Assembly: GCF_001194135.2 (NCBI RefSeq)
Contig: NC_068995.1
Coordinates: 36,341,773 to 36,394,681, forward strand
DNA: 52,909 bases
DNA from: Octopus bimaculoides
Taxonomy: Eukaryota
Direction: 5' to 3'
Below the pieces are notes generated by a model. The model was not told where the DNA came from. It was given only the letters and a program-made list of their open reading frames with translations, and did no database searches. The position numbers and the translations under genes were made by a program. Shown piece after piece: positions 12,304 through 24,134 of the stretch (positions are counted from its first letter, which is position 1; the number at the start of each line of letters is the position of its first letter).

Positions 12304-12831
12304 GTAAGTTATGCAAGTAATTTCTATTGATTTATCTAATTGTTAGGCATTTTAATTTCGAATGAAGCTAAATTTTAGTTTGTACACGTGAAATTCTTGT
12401 AAGAACTCTATTTATCTTAGTGAATCGCCTTTGCGTTTTGTACTATTCGTGTCTGTTGTACAGACTGCTTTACAGCACAATAAAACGAGGGAGCTTCACT
12501 GAAACAAGTTTTCTCCCCCTGAAGTTGACGTTTCAAATATTTTCTCTTGTTTGCTCATTTCTTTTTTCCCTTTAAATAATATATGTAAATATAACGTTCT
12601 ATATATATGCACAGCGTTATATGGAGACCGCTAAATTCAATCTCTGTTCCTTGGTTTTATTATATTACCGATTACTTATTGAGCTTTATCAACGATGTTA
12701 CAAGGAGGACTTAAGTCGCTCTCAGAATCCTCATATTTCAAACTCTTTTTACCTGAAATTTTTAACGTTTTTCTCAAACGACACATAACGTTTCCCTTTT
12801 TTTTTTAAAATTTTTAATATCTTGTATAAGA

Positions 12832-13215
12832 GTTGTTGGCACTCCGTCGCTTACGACGTCGAGGGTTCCAGTTGATCCGATCAACGGAACAGCCTGCTCG
12901 TGAAATTAACGTGCAAGTGGCTGAGCACTCCACACACACACACACGTGTACCCTTAACGTATTTCTCGGGGATATTCAGCGTGACACAGTGTGACAAGGC
13001 TGACCCTTTGAATTACAGGCACAACAGAATCAGGAAGTAAGAGTGAGAGAAAGTTGTTGTGAAATAGTACAGTAGAGTTCGCCACCTCTGCCGGAGCCTC
13101 GTGGAGCTTTAGGTGTTTTCACTCAATAAACACTCACAACGCCCGGTCTGGGAATCGAAACTGCGATCCTATGACCGCGAGTCCGCTATCCTAACCACTG
13201 GGCCATTGCGCCTCC
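12832..13215 (-). mobile_element. Full-length tRNA-derived SINE, family C (OR-like), young
   Basis: A box TGGCCCAGTGG, B box GTTTCGATTCC, (AAC) tail; TSD TG(T/C)ATAAGAGT; closely similar to 18880-19260. Confidence 0.92.
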
Positions 13216-14309
13216 ACTGCATAAGAGTAGTAATTTAATATTCCGACACTTAGAATGGCAAAGCATAGCACTTGATTCTGCATTGTTTCGTCATCGCCGT
13301 TGTAAAGCTCGAAAAGAAAAAAAAACAAAAAAACTTTTCTCCTGTTCCTTCAATGTTATTCACACACGCACGTACTTGCCGCCACTTGCAGCTTTTCAAT
13401 TACGATCTCAGCCAGCCTTATTTGAACTAAATCACATTTTTGTATTTATTTTTTAAAAAATCATTATTTATTTTTTGAAATCATTAAAATTTTTTTAAAG
13501 CACGTTTTGTAGAAAAAGAAAAGCAAAACAAATAAACTGTTCCACTTTTCCTCTCTTCGGGACATAACTGGGTTAGCGCCGTACTAATTTGTCTGTGTGT
13601 GTGTGTGTATNNNNNNNNNNNNNNNNNNNNNNNNNNNNNNNNNNNNNNNNNNNNNNNNGGGGGGGGGTTATTTTTCCATTACGTTATTATTATTTTTTGT
13701 TTTGGTAGAAAAGAAAACCTAAAAAAAAAAACACACCATATTTTAACCCCCTTAATCTCCATTGTCATTATATTTAAGATGTCAACAGTTATATTTCATA
13801 TGTTTTAACTGTTTTCTCTTCCTGCTAAAGTAGATGTTCACTTTTTACTAATAAATGTTCTGACTTAGATTTTATTCTGCCATAGCTGATTTTTATGTCA
13901 TGTGTGTATATGTATGTATGTAGTGTATGTGTATATACACACACACTACATACTAATTACACATCACAATTTTTTTTTCTAGTTTCATGTAGATATATGT
14001 GAGTATGTCCTATGTACGCGCCCTATAATTTTTTTTTTTTTAAACATAAATTCCGATAAAATTGTAATCTACTCCTTCTGAAAGGTATTTGTTAAGAATT
14101 TCACTAAAAGAAACATACCCATTTTTCTGAGAGTTTTGAGTAAACAAAGTCGATTCGTATGAACTATCCAAAATTCCTCACCTTAGAAAAAAATTTTCAC
14201 AACAAATTTCGATATGAATATAATCTACAACACCTGAAATGTATTTTAATAAAATTTCATTATAAATATCCATTTTTCTGAAAGGTATGAGGAAACAAAG
14301 TCTAGAGGT

Positions 14310-14413
14310 GACACGTGTGTATCTACCTATCTATATATCTACCTACCTGTCTATATATCTATATATATCTACCTATCTATCTATATATCTACCTACTTAT
14401 CTATCTACCTATA
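14310..14413. repeat. (CTAT/CTAC)n microsatellite
   Basis: Imperfect tetranucleotide array running into a gap. Confidence 0.9.
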
Positions 14414-15099
14414 NNNNNNNNNNNNNNNNNNNNNNNNNNNNNNNNNNNNNNNNNNNNNNNNNNNNNNNNNNNNNNNNNNNNNNNNNNNNNNNNNNNNNNN
14501 NNNNNNNNNNNNNNNNNNNNNNNNNNNNNNNNNNNNNNNNNNNNNNNNNNNNNNNNNNNNNNNNNNNNNNNNNNNNNNNNNNNNNNNNNNNNNNNNNNNN
14601 NNNNNNNNNNNATATATATATCGAAAGAATCCTTACACCCTTTGGCATTCTTTCGATATTGCTATTTTCCCGTCTATTATGTTATATGCTCTTGTAGTTA
14701 TCAAATGATTATAACGTCCTATATCTGAAATAACATCATAATTGTAAAGGGAACGAGAGTCGATAATATAGCCCATAATTGACTGTTAGGGTACAATGTT
14801 AACCACTTGATTGGCCTTGAGAGCAATTCTCTACGAAACCATTGGTGTTCTCAGACAGCATTATATTTTAGAGGCCACGTTTTATCCACTAAGTATTTAG
14901 GAACAGACGGCCGGGTTTTGAGGTAGGGGCGGTTTGTTATTATATGTGATTGCCGAGAGACTTATGCAGGAAAATATGTTATCCACTTGACGCTACTGCA
15001 GTTGGAAATGTTTATCTCAAAAAATCACTCACAGACATTGGCATTAGTTCGTGTGCACAGACATAAATGCGCGCGCGTATTTACTACACACGCACCTTT

Positions 15100-15290
15100 T
15101 ATTTCTTTCAGTCATTGGACTGCGGCCATGTTGGGGCATCGCCTTGAGGGTTTTTAGTCAAAGAAGTCGACCCCAGTACTTACTTTTCTAAATTCGATAC
15201 TTATTGTATCAGTCTCCTTTGCCGAGCCCCTAGCTTACAAGGTCGCAAACAAACCAACACCAGTTATCAAGCGGTGGTAGGGGACCACTT
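15100..15290 (-). mobile_element. SINE family B, 3' part
   Basis: Reverse of ...GGGGTCGAC...GGCGATGCCCCAACATGGCCGCAGTCCAATGACTGAAAGAAATAA. Confidence 0.75.
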
Positions 15291-15624
15291 CTAACAGTAC
15301 AAAAAGCACATATGCATATATATATATATATATACCCTAATAGCGTATGTATTGTTGATTTTTTAAGAATTTTATGAACTTGGAAGAAAACGTGAATTTT
15401 TTTTTCCAATAATATATCTCGAAGGACACAAATAAAGCTATCAACGACAGCATGTAAATACTGAATGGAAAAACTCTTTTGGATAGCAACATTTGAAGAT
15501 TTCAATATTCTCTATCCAAAAGGTTTTCTTTTTCAATCCAATATTTACAAGCTATAGCTTTGTAGTCTTAAACATATACTATTCCAATACACACACACGT
15601 GGTGTTTGTGTGTGTGTGTGTGTT

Positions 15625-15810
15625 TATCCCCCAACCAACTCTTGACAACTGGTTTCTTCATGCCCATGTAACTTAGCAGTTCATCAATAGGTATCAATAG
15701 CATAAGTTCCAGACTTAAAATACAATTTCTGGGGGTGATTTATTCAACTAAAACTCAAGGTAGTGCTATAGCATGGCCACAGTTCAGTGACTGAAACAAG
15801 AAAAAGATAT
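15625..15810 (+). mobile_element. SINE family B, 3' part
   Basis: TTGACAACTGG...GTAACTTAGCAGTTC...GCATGGCCACAGTTCAGTGACTGAAACAAG. Confidence 0.7.
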
Positions 15811-16200
15811 ATGCCATCTTTTGATATTCATCTGCCATGCTGGCATTGATTCGATAGATTTACAGGATTCAACAAACTGGAGAACTACATTGAACTCCAG
15901 TGATCATACCAAAACAATTATTGGGGCTTATTGCAATCTTCTGGGTTGGATCCTGTCAAACCGTCCAACCCATGCTAACAGAAGACGGGCCTAAAATGAT
16001 TATACATACATATACATATATATATATAAACTTCTTTGAAACTGGTGGGTCTCATTTTTGAAATGGAGTTGAGAAACTAACTAAGACTTTCAAAGATTTG
16101 TCACAAGTCTCTTAATAACCCTTTCGTTACCAACCTGGCTGAAACCGGCTCTGGAAACCTTAGTCACAATTTATGTTCCTAACACTAGCTGAATGGTAAC

Positions 16201-17361
16201 TCAGTGTTCAAACTTATTTCCACCTTCTTCCAAACACTTTCTTATTCAGGTGACACAAGATCTTTGCAAATTTCTGAGCATAGTTATTACCTTTTATCAT
16301 GGCATCAATTTCTTGTGTGATGTTACCTTTTAGCACTTGTAATGTTAGCATCTTGGTCTTTTAGCATAAAACCACTGATTTAAGATGTCCCCATAAGAAA
16401 AAATCTAAAGGACTTAAATCCAGAGATCTTGGTGGCCGTTCAACTGGTCCTCGACGTCCAATCCATTTTCTTGGAAATATATTGTCCAAAAAACTGTGCA
16501 CATCTTTCGTATAATGTGGCGGAGCCCCCCCCCATCCTGTTGAAACCACATATTTCTTCAAACTGCTAATGGTACGTCATCTAGACAAGACATAAGGAAG
16601 GTTTTTAACAAATGAAGGTATGACTCATCCGTTACTGTGTTTGGGAAGAAATAAGGAACAATTATCGTACTTCCCCATATAGCCACCCACACCATAATCC
16701 TGTATAGGACGTGCACATCTTCAATCAACCAAGGATTTTCTGCCAACCCATACAATGAATTACGTCTGTTAACTGAACCGTTTAAGTAAAATATTGCTTT
16801 GTCACTGTATAGAACATACTTTTTCCATTTGTACAAACCACTGACAATACTCTACATGATGATCCATGTCATCCCCATGTAACTTATGTAGTAATCACAC
16901 TTTATATGGATGAAAATGATAGCGAGACAAAATGCGGCCAATGGAACGCCCAGGTACACCTGTTTCTTGTGAAACTTTTCTTAATGACTTTTGTGTGCTT
17001 CCTTCCGCATGTCTGCATCCCCGTGCAGATGTTTCAGAATCAGTTGCAGTTCTTCCACTGCAGGGCTGGTCAGAGACACTTCTCGTTTCTTGAAAATGAA
17101 TAAAAGTTTTGCTGACAGTTCTTTGTTGTAATTGGTTGCCTATTCAGGTACTTAGCATTAGAAATATTTGCCACCGAGCATGAGCTGGCACCGTCCTTTG
17201 CATACAGAGGCACAAATTCTACTCTTTCTGAAATTGTCAGCATTTCTGCCATGGCTACCATTCTGAAGATAAAAAAATGATAATTAAATGGTCAAAATCA
17301 TGTTAAAGATAAATACATTTTTTAAAATTTCTCTATGAGTCCAGATTTTTGCACCACCCTG
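16201..17361 (-). mobile_element. Tc1/mariner DD41D (rosa/Visitor-type) transposon, pseudogenised, 3' TIR missing
   Basis: 5' TIR CAGGGTGGTGCAAAAATCTGG; YSDKAIF, FQQDG(frameshift)APPH...WIGRRG...PPRSLDLSPLDFFLWGHLK with 41 residues between catalytic D2 and D3. Confidence 0.9.
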
Positions 17362-18159
17362 TGTATGTGTATGTATATATATATATATTTGAAGATAAGC
17401 AANNNNNNNNNNNNNNNNNNNNNNNNNNNNNNNNNNNNNNNNNNNNNNNNNNNNNNNNNNNNNNNNNNNNNNNNNNNNNNNNNNNNNNNNNNNNNNNNNN
17501 NNNNNNNNNNNNNNNNNNNNNNNNNNNNNNNNNNNNNNNNNNNNNNNNNNNNNNNNNNNNNNNNNNNNNNNNNNNNNNNNNNNNNNNNNNNNNNNNNNNN
17601 NNNNNNNNNNNNNNNNNNNNNNNNNNNNNNNNNNNNNNNNNNNNNNNNNNNNNNNNNNNNNNNNNNNNNNNNNNNNNNNNNNNNNNNNNNNNNNNNNNNN
17701 NNNNNNNNNNNNNNNNNNNNNNNNNNNNNNNNNNNNNNNNNNNNNNNNNNNNNNNNNNNNNNNNNNNNNNNNNNNNNNNNNNNNNNNNNNNNNNNNNNNN
17801 NNNNNNNNNNNNNNNNNNNNNNNNNNNNNNNNNNNNNNNNNNNNNNNNNNNNNNNNNNNNNNNNNNNNNNNNNNNNNNNNNNNNNNNNNNNNNNNNNNNN
17901 NNNNNNNNNNNNNNNNNNNNNNNNNNNNNNNNNNNNNNNNNNNNNNNNNNNNNNNNNNNNNNNNNNNNNNNNNNNNNNNNNNNNNNNNNNNNNNNNNNNN
18001 NNNNNNNNNNNNNNNNNNNNNNNNNNNNNNNNNNNNNNNNNNNNNNNNNNNNNNNNNNNNNNNNNNNNNNNNNNNNNNNNNNNNNNNNNNNNNNNNNNNN
18101 NNNNNNNNNNNNNNNNNNNNNNNNNCCTCCCTTGACCAGTTACAGAGATGTATACATAT

Positions 18160-18505
18160 TACCAGTGTTGCCTTCTAGCACTTGTGCTGGTGGCACGTGA
18201 GAAAATCATTCGAGCGAGATCGTTGCCAGTGCCGCTGGACTGGCTCCCATGCAGGTGGCACGTAAAAAACACCTTTTTGAGTGTGGCCGTTGCCAGTACT
18301 GTGTGACTGGCCCTCATGCCGGTGGCACATAAAAGCACCCACTACACTCTCGGAGTGGTTGGCGTTAGGAAGAGCAACAAGCTGTAGAAACTCTGTCAGA
18401 TCGGATTGGAGCTTGGTGCAGCCTTCTGGCTTGCCAGTCCTCAGTCAAATCGTCCAACCCATGCTAGCATGGAAAGCAGACGTTAAACGATGATGATGAT
18501 GATGA

Positions 18506-18508
<3 letters not shown>
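18160..18508 (+). mobile_element. RTE 3' UTR/tail with internal tandem units
   Basis: Repeated TTGCCAGT...GGTGGCAC(G/A)TAAAA units, then the canonical tail and (GAT)n. Confidence 0.85.
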
Positions 18509-18546
<38 letters not shown>

Positions 18547-18879
18547 TATATACACACACACACACACACTAGCTTAAAAGCCACACTCTGTATGAACTTT
18601 TACCTAGCTCCTCTGGAGGGCTAAAATAGACCTGCAACCCAAAACTAAGAGAGCTAAATAGCATGATTATAATATATCTATAATGACTATTTAGCATTGA
18701 AAGACATATTATGAGGTTCAAAAGTGTGTATGTTGAATAAATATCAGAAGGCATGTTTTTTGTTAAAAAAAAAAAATCATTTATTTTGAATTGTTGATAA
18801 GTTCTAAGCAAAAGGATCATATAAACATTAATTTGTATGTTTGTATGAGAATGTTGAAAAGAGTGTAATGCACTGGTGT

Positions 18880-19260
18880 GGAGGCACAATGGCCAAGTGG
18901 TTAGGGCAGCGGACTCGCGGTCATAGGATCGCGGTTTTGATTCCCAGACCGGGCATTGTGAGTGTTTATTGAGCGAAAACACCTAAAGCTCTACGAGGCT
19001 CTGGCAGGGGATGGTGGCGAACCCTGCTGTACTCTTCCACCACAACTTTCTCTCACTCTTTCTTCCTGTTTCTGTTGTGCCTGTGATTCAAAGGGTCAGT
19101 CTTGTCACTGTGTCACGTTGAATATCCCTGAGAACTACGTTAAGGGTACACGTGTCTGTGGAGTGCTCAGCCACTTGCACATTAATTTCATGAGCAGGCT
19201 GTTCCGTTGATAGGATCAACTGGAACCCTCGACGTTGTAAGCGACGGAGTGCCAACAACA
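18880..19260 (+). mobile_element. Full-length tRNA-derived SINE, family C
   Basis: GGAGGCACAATGGCCAAGTGG head; AATGCACTGGT duplicated at 18867-18877 and 19262-19272. Confidence 0.92.
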
Positions 19261-19269
19261 AAATGCACT

Positions 19270-19700
19270 GGTAGAATGAGGTACATGCGAGATATGGATT
19301 AATTTACATGACTTACTAGGTATTTAACCATGGTGGTTAAACGAGGAACAATATAAAAGAAGCATAGTAGATAAGGGTGATGTTGATTTTAGAGAGGTAG
19401 AATCAGCAACTCTCCAAGGTGGATGTGAATATAGAAGCGGTAATGCACTGTAGTAAAAGTTGTTCCATTGCTGTCAGAGCTGCAACTGGTTTAGCTCTTT
19501 CAAAATACTGCTGGGCAGAAATTGATACTTGTATTACTACATTGCCAACTTTGACTGGCTAGCATCTGCCAAAGCACAATTGAGTATAGCCACAGCAACA
19601 AAATAGTTCCTTCATGTCTTACTACGACTATATGCCCCAGTGGTGTTTGATCAGAGGTTAGAGATAGATGAGAATTAATTCTGTAATGCAATCATTCATT
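19270..19700 (-). mobile_element. Possible old CR1/L2-clade LINE 3' remnant
   Basis: Minus-strand YRFYIHIHLGEL resembles the FYRYxxGxCSxEL motif at the end of such ORF2s; heavily decayed. Confidence 0.3.
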
Positions 19701-20064
19701 TGTTCCAGTCCCAAGTTGAATTCCAACTGTTGGCCAATTTGTCCCAAAGTTCTTTATCTTGATGTAAAATTAACAAAGTGAATGTCTTTTATCTCTGCTT
19801 TGATCTCTGATGTTATCTGACAAACACCAACCGAGATGGCATGAATCAGCCAAGCTTTACCTGCTAGAAATAGCAACCCAAATGCTTTTAAATCAGATCC
19901 CAATGCTGAATGTTCAAGAACCAAATGAAGGGCAGATTTTCAATCTTGGGATCATCCTGATTCAAAAAAAGGTATAACATGTCTGTAGAGCAAATGTAGT
20001 CTAAAATTCAGGGGTCCCAGATGGACAAAGTTTCGCTTTTATTATTGTAGATAGAAGATATATG

Positions 20065-20215
20065 TATCTTTTACTTGTTTCAGTAATGCTGGGGCACTAC
20101 TTTGAAGAGTTTTTAATTGAATGAACTGACCCTAGTACTTTTTTTTATGAAGTCTGGTACATGTTCTATCAGTTTTTTTTTGCCAAACTGCTAAGTTACA
20201 GGGATTGTAAATATA
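20065..20215 (-). mobile_element. SINE family B, 3' remnant
   Basis: TTTTACTTGTTTCAGT...ATGCTGGGGCAC...GCTAAGTTACAGGG. Confidence 0.6.
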
Positions 20216-20371
20216 GTGGNNNNNNNNNNNNNNNNNNNNNNNNNNNNNNNNNNNNNNNNNNNNNNNNNNNNNNNNNNNNNNNNNNNNNNNNNNNNNNNNN
20301 NNNNNNNNNNNNNNNNNNNNNNNNNNNNNNNNNNNNNNNNNNNNNNNNNNNNNNNNNNNNNNNNNNNNNNN

Positions 20372-20406
<35 letters not shown>

Positions 20407-20416
20407 ATGTACAAAC

Positions 20417-21447
20417 AAAGTGTCCCCAAAATATGTATACACACTTTAAACAATTGTAAAGTCGGTGTTTATTAAAATACATTTCATTTAAAAAATTTAA
20501 TAGAATCTACGTACATTATTTTATTGTTTTATCAATGCCTGTTTTCAAACTGACATCTGTTCTGGTCCAGGTACTGCTGACAGTACGAAGCAATGGAGTC
20601 ACAATCAAAACAATTCATTTGGTATTTGTGTGCATTCAAGTTCAATGGCTGCTCTCAAATCAGTGACTGTTGCAGGTTTCATAGCATAGACTTTGTCTTT
20701 TAGGTATCCCCATAAAAAAAAGTCTAGTTGTGTGATGTCTGGTGAATGTAGAGGGTATTCAATAAAACCCCTTCGTCCAATCCACCTGTTTGGTAAGATC
20801 TCATCAAGTAAGGATCTGACATTGCGATGGTAGTGTGGGGATGCCCCATTTTGCTGAAAATAAAACTCCTATCTTCAAAGTCTTCTCTAATGCTTGGCAT
20901 GGCAGACTGTTGCAGCAAGTTTAAGTAAACGTGACCAGTCACAGTAGCGTAAGAAAAAAAAATGGTCCAATTTATCCTTTTGATGATAAGCCACACCACA
21001 CTGTAACTCCTGGTAAATTAACATGGTGTTCCACCATAACATGTGGATTCTCAGGCCCCCAGTAGGTGCAATTGTGGCAGTTAATTGAGCAATTTAATTT
21101 GAATGTGGCCTCATCATTCCACACTATCTTTGTTGGAAAGTGTGCATCTTCTAGACATCGTGCCAAGTACCACTCACAATACTGCACTCTTCGGTCTAGA
21201 TCATCGTCATTAATAGCATGGACTAATCTTGGAATGTAGCTTTTCCATTGACAACGCTTGAAAATGCGTTGGACAGACGATTTTGAAATACCTACTTTAC
21301 GACTTGCTTGCCGCACAGATTTTCTTGGACTTTGGTGATATGTTTTCAGCACTCCTTCTTGCTTTGTGGGGGTTGTCAATGTTCATGGTCTTTCGGAATG
21401 CTTCTCGTGGACATTCTGAACAGTTCTATCTGCTTCAAACTTATCTC
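20417..21447 (-). mobile_element. Second DD41D Tc1/mariner relic, 5'-truncated
   Basis: [10 protein letters not shown] (HTH), [17 protein letters not shown]...WIGRRGF...[16 protein letters not shown] (41-residue spacing; D2 changed to N); 3' TIR CAAAGTGTCCCCAAAA at 20417. Confidence 0.9.
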
Positions 21448-21450
21448 TAA

Positions 21451-21620
21451 CCCTTTAGTGTTCAAACTGGACAAAATTAATTCCCCTTTAGTTGTTCAAG
21501 CTGGCCAAATCCGGCCGTATCCAACTGCTCTTCAAAATTAATAAAAAAAGAAACAAATCATGTTATTGAATTCTCATGGCTTTGAGATAATGCAAGATGA
21601 AGCCTTTCCCACCTTTATTC
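21451..21620 (+). mobile_element. TTAA-type (piggyBac-like) end, possibly the left end of the adjacent piggyBac
   Basis: CTAA|CCCTTTAGTGTTCAAAC start; GAGATAATGCAAGAT etc. align loosely to the TTAA MITEs at 35632 and 45490. Confidence 0.5.
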
Positions 21621-21703
21621 AAGTATAAATACTGTAAAATTATTTAGACCACATGGTTCTTTCAACACCTGAAGAGAAGTCTGTACCTTAGTTTTTAATG
21701 AAA

Positions 21704-23346
21704 TGGCGTCAGCAAGTAGCAATTCCAACTGTGAAAGTTTTACTCTTGAAGATATAGAAAATATAAACGCAAATGAGTATTTTGTCTCCGGACGATTCTG
21801 ATATTGATATTAGTGAATAGTTGTCAGACGAGGAAGATTTTGAGAACAAAAGTGATGAAAATGATATTGTAAACATAGCAACATGGTCAAGATTACAACA
21901 CCAATCACTATTCCTGATTTCATAGGAAACACTGGTCCACAACACAATTTACCTCCTGATGCTCAACCATTGGACTATCTATTTTTATTTTTACCAGAAA
22001 GTTTTTTTGAAAATGTTACAGAGGAAACAAACAAATATGCACAACATATAATTTCTATTCACGAAAGAAATGATCCACTATGGCAGCCAACTTATACTGC
22101 GGAAATGAGAGCGTTTTTCACAATCAATATTATGTTTGGTGTTAAACAGCTTCCTCGACTGTGGAACTACTGGAGTCCTGATATAAAGTATGGTGATCCG
22201 TATATCTCAAGTATAATGTCAAAGATGAGGTATTCGAAAATATCTCAGTATTTACATTTAATTGATTCTGCTAATGCCCCCAGCAAAAACGACCCAAACT
22301 ACAATCCCCTGTACAAAGTACGTCCTGTAATTGATTTACTCCTTAATAGTTATAAAACTGTGTATCTACCTGGGAAAAATCTCAGTGTAGATGAAGCCAT
22401 GATAGGCTATAAGGGCAGAGTACATTTTCAGCAGTACATGCCTGCCAAACCCACTAAATGGGGGATCAAGATATGGGATGTTTGTGAATCAGACACTGGA
22501 TACTGTGTAAACTTTGATGTTTACACAGGTAAAAAATATAATGGAAACAAACCATATGGATTGGGACATGATGTAGTATGGTCTCTTACTGAACCGTTTT
22601 ACCACAGATCTGACACCTCTATTTTGACAGTTTTTTTTTTTTTCTTCAGTGACTTTGGCAGAAAATCTTACACGTGCAGTACTGTTATGGGCAACTGTAA
22701 AGGTTTACTCTGTGAAATGAAAACAAAATTTTAAAAAAAGAGGGGGCATTTTACAAATGCAAAAAGAAAATTTTTTAGTTATTGCTTTCAAAGACAAAAG
22801 ATAGATTTTATTTCTATCTCCTAATGAACAACCTGGTGTTGGCGCTGAGGGGAAACCCTAGTGAATATTTGTTATAACAAATATATGGGTGGGGTTGATA
22901 AATCTGACCAATATCTGGCACATTACCCAGTTGGTTAACCTGGGAAGAAATGGTGGAGGTACATTTAGTGGTTTTTAGTTAATTTAACTATAGTTAATTC
23001 ATATATTGTATATGTAAAAAGCCACAAGGTACCTCCGCCACCAAAGAACTACACCCATTTGAAATTTTGGGTTGACATCGCATCTCAGTTACTTGAGGGC
23101 TTTTCTTTGAGAAAGCACAGAACTGGGAGAAAAGCAAAATTAACTGAGGTGGATGTCAACAAAGAAAATATTGACTTTCATAAAGTCGAAAAGATAAATG
23201 GAAGAAAAAAATGTTTGCTGTGTTTGCTACAAAAAAGAAAAACTGCAAAAGGGTATCAGATTGAGACTTCGTATATGTGTTCCTTTTGCAAAGTACCCTT
23301 GTGTCAAGGGTTCTTTGGGCAGTTTCATGACAGAAATATGTCATAA
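21704..23346 (+). pseudogene. piggyBac (PGBD4-like, DDE_Tnp_1_7) transposase pseudogene
   Basis: Acidic N-terminus; YKVRPVID, NLSVDEAMIGYKGR, YMPAKPTKWGIKIW, VDKSDQ, KKWWRYI; C-terminal Cys-rich domain; stops and frameshifts. Confidence 0.93.
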
Positions 23347-24134
23347 CTATATTATTTTGTAACTATATTATATTATCATATATTCCTTTTCATTTTATTA
23401 TAAAAATATGTGAAATTAAGAAATACATATTAATTTTCAGTATGTTATTTCAAATGTGCTTGTGACATATTTTAACTTTTAATGGTAATTTCAGTGCAGT
23501 TTACCATGGAGAAAAATTGTTGCTTATAGTAAAAGCACCTTATCTACTCAGTGTCACCCTCTATTGAACTCCTTGACATGTTTCTGGATCTTTATTATTC
23601 CTCAGTTGAAGATACTAAATAGAGATAACCCTGACTGATTTGTGTGTGTTCAGGTGTGTATCATTCAGCATGTATACATGGAAATGTATACAGTAGAAAA
23701 CAAAAAATATGCTTTCAAACAAAAAAAAAATCTTGTATTTTTCCATACAAATGCTGCTCTATCAGTCTTGCCATTGTAAATACAGAAAACTGGTAAGATT
23801 GGTCTATTAGAAACCTGTAACCAACAAGACTGTTGCTTACAAAACAATTAAAAAAACTATGTAAGCAATACCGAAGAATTGAAAATATTTGCTAAGATAT
23901 TACCAACAATAAGTTAGTGCTAAAAATAACTGGTGGATCTCTGCCCAGTTAAATTATTTCAGCCAATGGGTATGGGCATTGTATAGTATTTAAGTGTATG
24001 ATAGGTTAATAAAGTAGTGATTGGATGAATAGGTACAGAGATGGTGATATTAAGGTGGAAACTGGGTTTGGAGACGAGAAAATTTTCAGCTGATCTAAAT
24101 TTTTGGAAAATAAGTCAAAGCAGTTAAGAATGGA

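Noticed and set aside
18880-18955. tRNA gene (also 13140-13215, 33237-33310, 49415-49510)
   Set aside because: A/B boxes run straight into SINE bodies with tails and TSDs; no complete cloverleaf.
21883-22734. Domesticated PGBD gene
   Set aside because: Stops upstream, frameshift near 22610-22640 and stops downstream indicate a pseudogene.
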